Part shown: positions 10,397-19,608 of the stretch, in pieces
Numbering within the stretch: position 1 is the first letter of the stretch
Layout: each line of letters begins with the position of its first letter
Source: an archaeon
GTDB lineage: Archaea > Nanobdellota > Nanobdellia > Pacearchaeales > GW2011-AR1
DNA: 46,152 nucleotides
Assembly (NCBI GenBank): GCA_043810285.1
Contig: JBDROH010000013.1
Span: 1 to 46,152 of the forward strand
Direction: 5' to 3'
Notes under the pieces: model-generated
Databases searched by the model: none
What the model saw: only the letters and a program-made list of their open reading frames with translations
What the model was told of the DNA's origin: nothing
Position numbers and translations under genes: made by a program

Positions 10397-11248
10397 ATGG
10401 TTAGAATACGTTATAGTTTTGGGTCGCGACATACAGGGAATATTAAAAATATTAAGAAACAGCGAGGGAAATATCCAGATGTTATGGAGGAAGTTGTGCG
10501 AGTTTCAGATATTGTTTTGGAGGTTTTAGATGCGAGATTTATTGAAGAGACACGAAATTTGGCGATTGAGAAGAAGATTAAAAAATTAGATAAGAAGATA
10601 ATTTATGTTTTGAATAAGGCCGATTTAGTTGATGTAAAGACTATTGAAAAACGATTGCCAGAAGATTTAAGACCTCATATTTTTGTTTCAGTTCTTACGA
10701 AGCAAGGAGCAAAAGATTTAAGGGATAGGATTAGGATTGAGGCAAAACGTGTAAAATTAAAAGATGTTCGTCAAAGGGTACAAGTGGGAATTATAGGGTA
10801 TCCGAATGTTGGGAAGAGCTCGCTGATTAATTTAATTAGTCGGAGGGGAGCGGCTAAGATATCAAAGCAAGCAGGGTATACCCGGGGGATGCAGAAGATT
10901 CGAATGTGCGAAGGGATTTTAATTTTAGATACTCCTGGAGTAATTCCGGCGAATAAGTATGCCTCGAATGATGCAATGGCTTCCAGCAATGATGCGAGAC
11001 TTGGAGCCAGAACATATAGCGATGTTAAGAATCCTGAAGCGGTTGTTCAAGATTTAATGTCTTCAGATTATAAAGCGATTGAGAAATTTTATGGAATTGA
11101 GGTTAATGGAGATAGTGATTTATTGATTGAAAAACTTGGAAAATCTAAGGGACTTTTAATAAAAGGCGGGGAAATTGATTTGGATAGGACTTCTAGGATT
11201 ATCTTGAGAGATTGGCAGGAAGGTAAAATTAGGGCAAATGCTAAATAA
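10397..11248 (+). CDS. Circularly permuted GTPase, RbgA/YlqF family (copy 1)
   Basis: Motif order DAR, NKAD (G4), GYPNVGKSS (G1), DTPG (G3); C-terminal KGGEID...DWQEGKI. Start moved to the first ATG. Confidence 0.93.
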   Translation: MVRIRYSFGSRHTGNIKNIKKQRGKYPDVMEEVVRVSDIVLEVLDARFIEETRNLAIEKKIKKLDKKIIYVLNKADLVDVKTIEKRLPEDLRPHIFVSVLTKQGAKDLRDRIRIEAKRVKLKDVRQRVQVGIIGYPNVGKSSLINLISRRGAAKISKQAGYTRGMQKIRMCEGILILDTPGVIPANKYASNDAMASSNDARLGARTYSDVKNPEAVVQDLMSSDYKAIEKFYGIEVNGDSDLLIEKLGKSKGLLIKGGEIDLDRTSRIILRDWQEGKIRANAK

Positions 11249-11304
11249 AAAATTTAATTAGTGTTTAAGCACTTCTTGCACAAACTGTTTTGAGTTTTTT
11301 AATC

Positions 11305-11448
11305 CTATCTTCGAGCTATCCATCCTTCACCACTAGCTTCCCAACATGCCCCTTCCATTACTCTGTCGATTGCACGAATCACATCATCTCTTCCTCGTTC
11401 GCCTTTGCGATTAAGGTCATCATATAAAACTTGTAGTTTAACTATCAT
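11305..11448 (-). CDS. 47-aa hypothetical protein (not in ORF track)
   Basis: AAGGAGGT Shine-Dalgarno before ATG; MIVKLQVLYDDLNRKGERGRDDVIRAIDRVMEGACWEASGEGWIARR. Confidence 0.5.
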   Translation of the reverse strand: MIVKLQVLYDDLNRKGERGRDDVIRAIDRVMEGACWEASGEGWIARR

Positions 11449-11597
11449 TTCTACCTCCTTAACGACTAAGAGTCTCATTTCTTTATATAGAATTATAGAC
11501 TTAGAAGTATATTTAATATCATAATTTGATTTAAATACTGTTTGACTTAAGAGTGATAGTGGCAGTTTTAGACAATAAATAAAACGCTATAGGAATT

Positions 11598-12236
11598 ATG
11601 ACAGACGAAAATAAATACAATATTCGGACAAACTTTTTGCCGAGAGAAGGAATTATTTATGTAGATACTTGTGGTTTTGAATGGGTTTGTCAAATTGATA
11701 ACTGGGATGTGCAAAGTGAAATAGCTTCGTTAAGAAGATTAAAGAGTTTTTGTGAAACCTTTCAAAAAAGAGGTTACGTTTCTACAAATGAAGGAGTATT
11801 AGAAGAGATTAAGAAAAGTAAAGACTATTGGATTAAAAAAAAGAAAGGGATTAAAAAAATTAGAAGATATTTTATGTCTGGAGGGAATAGGAGAGTAAGA
11901 AAAGTAGATAATTCAATGGAAAGATATAAATTTTTTTCGGAGTGGTTGAAAGCAAATAATCGGATGTATGATATTTTAAAAAAAGGGATTGAACTTTATT
12001 CTCCAAGATATAACGGTCTTAATCATAACGGAGTAGAAAAATTTGTAGAGAATTATCCTGATTTATCTGGGGTTGATAAAGGTCTTGTTTGTATGGCCCT
12101 TAAATCTGGTTCGGGTAATGGTATACTTTCTGCAGACTCCTCTTTGCTCAAAGTGTATCGTTACGGAGTAAATGAATTTAATCTAAAGAAATGTTTTATA
12201 TGTGATTCAATGAATTCTAAAACTTTGTATTTGTGA
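11598..12236 (+). CDS. PIN-domain-like protein
   Basis: IYVDTC near the N-terminus, VLEE, LSGVDKGL and ILSADSSL match PIN acidic motif spacing. Confidence 0.6.
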   Translation: MTDENKYNIRTNFLPREGIIYVDTCGFEWVCQIDNWDVQSEIASLRRLKSFCETFQKRGYVSTNEGVLEEIKKSKDYWIKKKKGIKKIRRYFMSGGNRRVRKVDNSMERYKFFSEWLKANNRMYDILKKGIELYSPRYNGLNHNGVEKFVENYPDLSGVDKGLVCMALKSGSGNGILSADSSLLKVYRYGVNEFNLKKCFICDSMNSKTLYL

Positions 12237-12277
12237 AGATAAGGAAGATTTATAATTCTCTATGATATTACCTATGC

Positions 12278-13027
12278 ATGGGATTTTGGCCAATTGTTTT
12301 GAATGTTCTTAGAAACAGCGACGTCGTGTTGTTATTAGTGGATGCTCGGATGCCAGAACTTACGCGGAACTCGGAGATTGTTTCTAAGGTTGAATCTATG
12401 AAAGACAAGCGGTTGTTTATTGTTTTCAATAAAAGTGATTTGATTGGTCGGAAGGAGATGGATAAGTTGAAGGGGGAATACCTTGATGCGTTTTTTATTT
12501 CGGCTAAAAATAAAACAGGCGTTAGTAAATTAAAGGAAACCTTGGAAAATATGGCTGCTAATTGGTACCGACCTAGTCTGAGGGTCGGGTTGGTCGGGTA
12601 TCCTAATGTTGGGAAATCGACCCTGATTAATCTTCTTGCCCCTTCAGTTCAGGCAAAGGTATCTTCTATTCCAGGGACCACAAAGAAGACAACATGGGTT
12701 AGAAATGGAAAATTAAGAATTATGGATTCCCCTGGAGTAATTCCTTTTGGGGATAAAAATGTCCAGATGGGCATGTCAGCAGCCAAGGACCCCCATAAAG
12801 TTCGTCATCCAGAGAATGTTGCGATAAATATCATTAAATTTTTGATGGCTAAGGATAAAGATATTCTTAAGAAATATTATGGGGCTTCTGGAGAGGATTG
12901 TTATGAGATTTTTGAGGATATCGGGAGGAAGAAGGGACTTCTAATCAAGGGTGGCGAGGTTGACGAGAATCGGGTTGCGATTAAAGTGATTGATGATTGG
13001 CAGAAGGGAAAAATTAATTTGAAGTAA
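12278..13027 (+). CDS. Circularly permuted GTPase, RbgA/YlqF family (copy 2)
   Basis: DAR, NKSD, GYPNVGKST, DSPG and KGGEVD...DDWQKGKI. Confidence 0.93.
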   Translation: MGFWPIVLNVLRNSDVVLLLVDARMPELTRNSEIVSKVESMKDKRLFIVFNKSDLIGRKEMDKLKGEYLDAFFISAKNKTGVSKLKETLENMAANWYRPSLRVGLVGYPNVGKSTLINLLAPSVQAKVSSIPGTTKKTTWVRNGKLRIMDSPGVIPFGDKNVQMGMSAAKDPHKVRHPENVAINIIKFLMAKDKDILKKYYGASGEDCYEIFEDIGRKKGLLIKGGEVDENRVAIKVIDDWQKGKINLK

Positions 13028-13060
13028 TATTTATAAGGCGAATTTGTTAAATAGTTTTGT

Positions 13061-13131
13061 CCTCCCATAGCTCATCGGTAGAGCAGGCGGTTGTAGCCCG
13101 CTGTGGCCCAGTTCGATTCTGGGTGGGGGGA
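13061..13131 (+). tRNA. tRNA-Tyr(GTA)
   Basis: Acceptor CCTCCCA/TGGGGGG (archaeal C1:G72), D arm GCTC/GAGC, anticodon arm GGCGG-TTGTAGC-CCGCT, short variable loop, T-loop TTCGATT. Confidence 0.93.
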
Positions 13132-13216
13132 TGATACCTTCTTGGCATCCTCGAAAACTACTTTTTATGTTGAATCCGAACAGATTGTTTATTATAACTG
13201 TCTGATTTAATACAAT

Positions 13217-13576
13217 ATGAAACTAGATCCATATAAACATAAAGAAAAATACATGAAGTGGAAAGAAGAGGCTGAGAGAATGGGATGTATCGAAGGCATC
13301 TCCAAAGCTAACTCAGATTTAACCTTGAAGTATGTTTTTGATATGGAAATTGGTCTTAATGTCTCGGTAAAAAGTGTTAAAGGACCTCGAAGTTTTATCA
13401 GACTTAATAATTTAAAACAAAGAATGGTTTTTCTGTCCAAAAGATTCGGAGAATATTATGATATTGACGACCTCACCAAATTAACAGAATCTCAAGTGGT
13501 TAATTACTTCGCTAAAATTAGAAGCGGGGAAATTAGGAAGATAGATGGGGGATTTGATTTTTTTTTGGAATTCTAA
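13217..13576 (+). pseudogene. Truncated N-terminal part of a tyrosine recombinase/integrase
   Basis: Sits directly after a tRNA. DPYKHKE...NSDL...DME.GLN...KGPRS..RL resembles, from recall, the N-termini of DPANN integrases. It ends in a T-run with no catalytic domain. Confidence 0.6.
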
Positions 13577-13624
13577 ATAGGCTTAAAGTGAAAGATATAA
13601 AAATGTTAGGAACGATTATATCTA

Positions 13625-14308
13625 ATGGGAAATTTTTATTTAGACATTGAAACAACTGGACTTGATCCTGAAAAAGATAAGATCTTGACAATACAATATC
13701 AAGAACTTGAGAGGAATACTGGAGAAGCAAAAGGAGAATTAATAATTTTAAAAGAATGGGAATCCTCTGAAAAAGAAATTATTCAAAAATTCATTGCAAA
13801 TACAAGTATACTTGATGCTTATGCATTTAGTTTTGTTCCTGTCGGATATAATCTTGGTTTTGAACATAAATTTCTAAAGCAAAGAGCAATAGTACACCAT
13901 CTGCCACCGATAGATATTCTTAATAATCCTTTCATCGATTTAAGAGCTATAGGGATTTTAATGAATGGAGGAGAGTTTAAGGGTTCGGGACTCGATAAAT
14001 TAACGGGTAAAATAAGCGATGGAAAAAATATTCCAATATTGTATAATAATAGTGAATATGAATCGATAGTAAGCTATATCCAGATGGAAACTAGAGAATT
14101 TATCAAATTTAATTCGTGGCTTTACAAAAAATTACCAGATTTATTAAAGGAATTTGATGCTGCAATAGTCTATGGTAAAAAAGAGGAGAAAGTGGAGGCT
14201 CCCAAAGGACCTATTTCAGGAATTAGAATTTGTCCACTTTGCACAAAACAAATATTTCCCGAACAAGAACATTGTGCTGAATGTGGGGTAGAAACGATTA
14301 ACTATTAG
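13625..14308 (+). CDS. DEDD/RNase H-like 3'-5' exonuclease domain protein with C-terminal zinc ribbon
   Basis: YLDIETTG (ExoI), GYNLGFE (ExoII), FIDL; CPLC...CAECG. Confidence 0.8.
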   Translation: MGNFYLDIETTGLDPEKDKILTIQYQELERNTGEAKGELIILKEWESSEKEIIQKFIANTSILDAYAFSFVPVGYNLGFEHKFLKQRAIVHHLPPIDILNNPFIDLRAIGILMNGGEFKGSGLDKLTGKISDGKNIPILYNNSEYESIVSYIQMETREFIKFNSWLYKKLPDLLKEFDAAIVYGKKEEKVEAPKGPISGIRICPLCTKQIFPEQEHCAECGVETINY

Positions 14309-14498
14309 TAAAAAATTATATATTCAAACGAACACTTTTATTCCGTCCTAGAGAAACATAATATTTATGCACAGATTTTTAATCAACGCATATTTAAACA
14401 ACCATCTAAAATTTTTATAATTACCTTAAACAGTATTTTTGAAAACATAATCGTTCTTTTGACATAATCTTTATTAATCATCTAAAATTTGCAAAAAT

Positions 14499-15602
14499 AT
14501 GTTAGATATAGAATGTTCTGATTCAGCTTATTCTAGAATTAAAAATTCTAAGATTGAACAAAAGATTAATGAAAAATATGAAGAATGTAGTGGTTCTATT
14601 GAGAAATTTTTCTATAACAAAAAAGGTGAAAAAATAATAGAAGAAGCCAGAAAAGGCTTATTCACCAATAAGAAAATTTCAGAAACTTTGCGAGTACACA
14701 AAGACATTGCCAGATTAAGTTCTCTTATTGAGGATGAATTCTTATTGGATAGCCATATTAAAGAGATTTGTGTAGAGCACCCTTCTTTCCTTGCATATTA
14801 TATTTTAGGAAAAGAGTTGTTCGATTATAAAAAATTAAACTTTCCCTCATTGCATTCTTTAGAAGAGAGTATTGCAAGTTATTTTATAAAAGAATGCAGA
14901 GAAGAAAAAATATCCTATAGTCATGGAAGGTTAGTTTGGAGAAACAATGGTAAGAAAAACGTGCTTCATCGAGATGTTCATGGAGACATGTATGTTTCTC
15001 AAACAGATGTAATTGGTAATGAAAAAGAGGTAAGAACTTTATTTGGCAAGGAAATAAATTTCGATAGCGTCAAACACAAGCCAAGTTATGGAGGGTTATA
15101 TTCCTGCCAAGATTGGTCTACATATTTAATTACTGCTTTAAAATATGCTAAAAGATTAGGGAAAGAAAAAATAGAGGAGATTAATAATTGGAAAGGTTAT
15201 TATCAAAGAACCCACTCTACAGGATTTTATACTGAAGCAGGCGATGGGGCAAGTCTTGGACTTAAAAGTTATATAGAACGTCCAATTATTTCTAAAGGAG
15301 AAAAATTAGAGAGTTTTCCATTATATATTGGCATGGGAGACATGAAATGCAAATTTCCTTATTTTGAAGGAAATAAACTTTTTTATATAGCCGAAAATGA
15401 ATATGGAGACATAGATCTATCCAAAAAGGGTAATTGTTTCAAAGATAAAAAATATAAAAAAATAATAGAATATTCTGAATCAGACTTACCCAATATGTTA
15501 AAAGGATGTTATAAACTATTTTCTAGAGTTGTCAAGAATATGTTCTTTATTATGGATGACTTCAACAAAGAACATTTATCCAACAAATCTAGTAGAATTT
15601 AA
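14499..15602 (+). CDS. Hypothetical protein
   Basis: 367-aa ORF with an upstream TATA-like sequence; no recognisable motif. Confidence 0.7.
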   Translation: MLDIECSDSAYSRIKNSKIEQKINEKYEECSGSIEKFFYNKKGEKIIEEARKGLFTNKKISETLRVHKDIARLSSLIEDEFLLDSHIKEICVEHPSFLAYYILGKELFDYKKLNFPSLHSLEESIASYFIKECREEKISYSHGRLVWRNNGKKNVLHRDVHGDMYVSQTDVIGNEKEVRTLFGKEINFDSVKHKPSYGGLYSCQDWSTYLITALKYAKRLGKEKIEEINNWKGYYQRTHSTGFYTEAGDGASLGLKSYIERPIISKGEKLESFPLYIGMGDMKCKFPYFEGNKLFYIAENEYGDIDLSKKGNCFKDKKYKKIIEYSESDLPNMLKGCYKLFSRVVKNMFFIMDDFNKEHLSNKSSRI

Positions 15603-15626
15603 ATAATATAAATTTCTTATTAAAAT

Positions 15627-16004
15627 ATGACAACTCTTAATCAAGTTTGGAAATGTGAGGTTTGTGGGAATATAATCGAGGTTTTACATGAAGGCGCGAA
15701 TTCTTTGGTATGTTGCAATCAGCCAATGGTTTTCCAAAAAGAAAAATTAAAAGAATTGGAAGGCAATGAAAAACATATTCCAGTAATTGAAAAGACTGAG
15801 GAGGGAATTAAGGTTAATGTGGGAAGTGTTGAACATCCGATGACAGATGAACATTATATCGAATGGATTGAAGTAATTTCAGGTGAAAAAATTCTGAAAA
15901 AATTCTTAAAACCTAGAGATAAACCTTTTGCAGAATTTTGTGTTGAGGAAGAAAATATAATCGCAAGAGCCTATTGTAATCTTCACAGTTTATGGAAATC
16001 TTGA
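15627..16004 (+). CDS. dfx: Desulfoferrodoxin (2Fe superoxide reductase)
   Basis: CEVCGN...CCNQPM, EKHIP, HPM..EHYIEWI and YCNLH. Confidence 0.95.
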   Translation: MTTLNQVWKCEVCGNIIEVLHEGANSLVCCNQPMVFQKEKLKELEGNEKHIPVIEKTEEGIKVNVGSVEHPMTDEHYIEWIEVISGEKILKKFLKPRDKPFAEFCVEEENIIARAYCNLHSLWKS

Positions 16005-16042
16005 TTAGTTAGATTTTTAAGGCAGAGTTTGGTAACTACATT

Positions 16043-16180
16043 ATGGAAAAATATAAAGATTTAGCTTTCTTATCTTTCCTTGCATTTTTAGCATTTGTTA
16101 ATCCCCCTCAAACATCTGGATTTTTATTTTTCCTTTTCTTTCTGTTTTTCCTTTTTCCTAAAGAACTTCTAAAAAGATAG
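16043..16180 (+). CDS. 45-aa Phe/Leu-rich membrane peptide (not in ORF track)
   Basis: MEKYKDLAFLSFLAFLAFVNPPQTSGFLFFLFFLFFLFPKELLKR; TTTTTAA about 22 nt upstream. Confidence 0.55.
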   Translation: MEKYKDLAFLSFLAFLAFVNPPQTSGFLFFLFFLFFLFPKELLKR

Positions 16181-16231
16181 AGAAAATGAGTTCTGTGAAA
16201 GATAACTTGAATGAGAGTTAAATAAAAGAAT

Positions 16232-17008
16232 TTATTTTCTACTTTTTCTTCTTTCAATCAAAAGCAAAATTCCTAAGCCAAAGACGGCAAGAATGAAGGT
16301 TATAGCTACGTAAGATTTATTAGATGGAATAAATGCTTTGTCAATCTCCTTAGGATCTATCGGTCCACCCAATAATCCTGTAATCTGTTGAGTTTCACTC
16401 ATAGCCCCTATTGCATTACCTGTTCCAATACTCGTTAATCTAACATTATTTTTTTTAAAAGTATTTGTTCCGTCAGTGACTTCAATGTTATAATCTCCTT
16501 CAGGAGCGATTAGAATCCATACTTTTTGTCCCCCAATTGGAATACTTTGTACATATGATTCTGTTTCATCCCCTATCTTTATTTGAACTTCCTTTGTATA
16601 TCTCACATTTCCCTTGTTCTTAATTAGAAGATTCCCTCCCTCTAAAAAAAATTCTATTTCTGAATTTTCCTGAATCATAAAAGATCGTTTTACTTCTTTA
16701 TCTCCATAGGCTGCCTTGACATACCAACCAAGACTTGAAAAGTTTTCAGATACTCGCAAGGTATTCTCCTCATTAGATACTACATTTAATTTTATCTCTG
16801 AGATTCCTAACTCGTCTGAAAATATAACCCCAACATTTTTCCCTATGAGATTACCATCTTCCAATAAAATAACTTTATAATTTATCTCTTCTCCAACGGA
16901 GTAGGACTCTTTTAGCCCTGAAATATCAATTGAATACTCTGCTGAAACTAAATTTATAGATGCTAACAATAAGACACACATCATAACTAGACTGATTCTG
17001 TTTTCCAT
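16232..17008 (-). CDS. Hypothetical secreted, membrane-anchored beta-rich protein
   Basis: Signal peptide ending VSA, IKNKGNV Ig-like motif, C-terminal TM helix and basic tail. Confidence 0.75.
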   Translation of the reverse strand: MENRISLVMMCVLLLASINLVSAEYSIDISGLKESYSVGEEINYKVILLEDGNLIGKNVGVIFSDELGISEIKLNVVSNEENTLRVSENFSSLGWYVKAAYGDKEVKRSFMIQENSEIEFFLEGGNLLIKNKGNVRYTKEVQIKIGDETESYVQSIPIGGQKVWILIAPEGDYNIEVTDGTNTFKKNNVRLTSIGTGNAIGAMSETQQITGLLGGPIDPKEIDKAFIPSNKSYVAITFILAVFGLGILLLIERRKSRK

Positions 17009-17119
17009 AGGGCAATAAAGACTAAATCATATTTAAAGTTTTGCAATGAATTTAGTCTGTGTTATTCGATTAGTTCGAGTTAAAGTTAAATTTATAAACC
17101 AATTTTTCACATAATTGAT

Positions 17120-17386
17120 ATGGTCATCGCAAAAGTTATTCAGTTTCGAAGAGGACGAAAAACGTATACTCCAAGACATTTTCTTATTGAGATTCCAGAA
17201 GTAGATTCACGAGAAAAGGCGGAAGAGTTCGTAGGTAAAACTGCCGAGTGGAAAAGTTCTGGAAAAGAACCAACGATAATCAAAGGTAAAATAACCTCGA
17301 CTCACGGAGGGAATGGAGTAATTCGGGCAATTTTCGAAAAAGGTTTACCGGGACAAGCAATCGGAACCGATGTAGAAATTAATTAA
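17120..17386 (+). CDS. rpl35ae: 50S ribosomal protein L35Ae (eL33)
   Basis: FRRGRKT...GKITSTHGGNGVIRAIF.KGLPGQAIG. Confidence 0.95.
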   Translation: MVIAKVIQFRRGRKTYTPRHFLIEIPEVDSREKAEEFVGKTAEWKSSGKEPTIIKGKITSTHGGNGVIRAIFEKGLPGQAIGTDVEIN

Positions 17387-17387
17387 A

Positions 17388-17942
17388 ATGGCATTAAGAA
17401 AAAGTTCAGCATATAGTAAACGTTACGCAAGACCATATACTCGTAAGTCAAAAAAACGAGTAAAGTCTTATATTAAAACAATTCCAAATTCCCAAATTGT
17501 CAAATTCAAAATGGGCGACCTAAAGGGATTTAGCAAAGGAGAATATCCTACTCAGATCTATGTAATATCTAAAGAAAAATGTCAAGTCAGGGATAATTCT
17601 ATAGAGGCTGTAAGACAATATCTCAATAGATTCCTCCAAACAAAAGGGGGAGAAGGATTTTATCTTGAAGTAAAAGTTTGTCCACATCACATTCTAAGAG
17701 AAAACAAAATGCTTACAGGTGCGGGAGCTGACCGTATGCAGACAGGTATGAGTAAATCCTTTGGTAAAGCTATCGGTCGGGCAGCATTCGTAAAACCAAA
17801 TCAAACTATATTTATAATTGGAGTTAAAACTCTAAAACAAGAAATCAACGCGAGAAAGTTAATCCAAGCAGCAAAGTCACGACTACCCTGCAAGATTACA
17901 ACCAAAACAATTAGGACACCTAAACTCTTGCCGTCCAATTAA
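17388..17942 (+). CDS. rpl10e: 50S ribosomal protein L10e (uL16)
   Basis: RPYTR, PHHILRENKMLTGAGADRMQTGM..SFGK and KSRLP. Confidence 0.97.
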   Translation: MALRKSSAYSKRYARPYTRKSKKRVKSYIKTIPNSQIVKFKMGDLKGFSKGEYPTQIYVISKEKCQVRDNSIEAVRQYLNRFLQTKGGEGFYLEVKVCPHHILRENKMLTGAGADRMQTGMSKSFGKAIGRAAFVKPNQTIFIIGVKTLKQEINARKLIQAAKSRLPCKITTKTIRTPKLLPSN

Positions 17943-17946
17943 TTTT

Positions 17947-19068
17947 ATGGAAATACAGTGTGTCCCGACGAATAATAAAGGTAAATCTGACAAAATCTTT
18001 TTTATCTTAGGACGTAATCCTGAACTATCGCGTGCAGAAATTCTTGCATACATGTTAGCCAGAAATAGAACTTTTAAAGAAATCCTCTTCGATGAAAATC
18101 TCCTAGTTTTAGAAACAAACGAAGATGAAAAGTTTGATATTCAAGAGTTTGGTGGACTGATAAAATTAGGTAAGATATTTTTCGAAGGCACTGAAACGGA
18201 ATTAATCACTTATCTCCAGAAAAACGAAATTATTCCTGCTGACAAATTTTCCTATGCAATATTTGGAAATATAGATTCTGAATTATTAAAAGAAAAATTC
18301 AAATCAGAAAAGAAAAAAGCAATACTTAAACATGGACGAAAAAGAATTAAATTTCAAAATGGGAAAAAGCAAGAATTCCCAAACGCAGACTTTACTCTTT
18401 TTTATTATCAGTACCAAGATAGGATATACTTAGGAATCGCGACCCAAGAGTATAACTCTAGTTCTGTAAAAGAACGGGATATGGGCAAGCCTGTTCGAAG
18501 GGAACACCTAGCAATTTCCCCAAGACTTTCAAAAATCTTAGTTAATTTATCTGAAGCAAAACCTCATGATTTACTTTTAGATCCCTTTTGTGGAGTTGGG
18601 GGAATTCTTCAAGAATCACTTCTCAAAAGGATAAACGTCTACGGTATAGACAAAGACAAGCAAGCAATAAAAGATGCAGAGACAAATTTAAACTGGCTAA
18701 CCAAAAAATATCCAATTAACTCAAAGTATACCTTAGAGAATTTAGATTCAAGAAAAGCCCCAGATTTACAATTTAAAGCCATCGCTACAGAAACACCTCT
18801 AGGAAAAGTTCTAAGAAAAAAACCAAACGATAATGAAGCAAAAAATATAATTCAAAATTTCGAAGCATATATTATCCCTATTCTCATAAGAATGAAGAAA
18901 ATAAAAAAACCTAAGGCAAAGATAGCAATGACACTTCCAGTAATACGAACTTTTAATGTAGATGCACAAAAAATTGCAAACAAAACTGGATTAAAGATTA
19001 CACTAAATCCTATCCTTGAATCAAGACCTGACCAATTTATCTCTAGAAATTTTGTTGTTTTCCAATAA
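17947..19068 (+). CDS. SAM-dependent methyltransferase, Trm11/TrmG10-like
   Basis: LGRNPELSRAE N-terminus, ISPRLSKILVNLS and LLDPFCGVGGIL. Confidence 0.75.
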   Translation: MEIQCVPTNNKGKSDKIFFILGRNPELSRAEILAYMLARNRTFKEILFDENLLVLETNEDEKFDIQEFGGLIKLGKIFFEGTETELITYLQKNEIIPADKFSYAIFGNIDSELLKEKFKSEKKKAILKHGRKRIKFQNGKKQEFPNADFTLFYYQYQDRIYLGIATQEYNSSSVKERDMGKPVRREHLAISPRLSKILVNLSEAKPHDLLLDPFCGVGGILQESLLKRINVYGIDKDKQAIKDAETNLNWLTKKYPINSKYTLENLDSRKAPDLQFKAIATETPLGKVLRKKPNDNEAKNIIQNFEAYIIPILIRMKKIKKPKAKIAMTLPVIRTFNVDAQKIANKTGLKITLNPILESRPDQFISRNFVVFQ

Positions 19069-19145
19069 TTTAACTAATCTATGTTCTAACTATTTAGTAA
19101 CAACATATAGAAAAGTTTATAAAGTAAGAATTCCCTATTTTTTTT

Positions 19146-19592
19146 ATGGAAGAACATATTTCAACCGGAATAAGTCCGAAATACGATTCAGAAAATATCT
19201 GGAATACCATTTCAGACACTAAAAATAATTTCGAGTCAGTGGGAAAAGCTAAATTAGATTCTCTAAAAGAAACTGTAATTGAAATTGAAAAATTAATAAA
19301 AGAAAGGGGTAGTCTTAGCGAAAATTTTATCAATGAAGGTGAAAAAATGAAAAGAGATATTAAAAATTTTCTCTTAGAAAACACTCCAAGAGGAGAAGAC
19401 GATTCTGAATTCACAAGAGAAAGATCAGACTTAAGAAAAAAACAAATAGAAATCTCCGAACTTCAATTAAACGAAAAAGTGGGTTGTTGGAGAGATATAG
19501 CATTATTGAAAAAAGAATTAAGAGATCGGACTAAAGAACTAAGCGAAAAAATAAATCGAGCAGAAATATTCGAGCGTATACTTGACGAATAG
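19146..19592 (+). CDS. Hypothetical coiled-coil protein
   Basis: E/K-rich helical sequence; 16 bp upstream of the ATPase gene. Confidence 0.7.
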   Translation: MEEHISTGISPKYDSENIWNTISDTKNNFESVGKAKLDSLKETVIEIEKLIKERGSLSENFINEGEKMKRDIKNFLLENTPRGEDDSEFTRERSDLRKKQIEISELQLNEKVGCWRDIALLKKELRDRTKELSEKINRAEIFERILDE

Positions 19593-19608
19593 TTAAATAA
19601 TTTTTAAA

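Noticed and set aside
13540-13560. TGGGGGA as attR copy of the tRNA-Tyr 3' end
   Set aside because: Only about 7 nt match, too short to be meaningful.
14340-14490. Repeated ACATAAT motifs as a dif site
   Set aside because: No convincing 11-6-11 inverted arrangement; short AT-rich matches are expected by chance.
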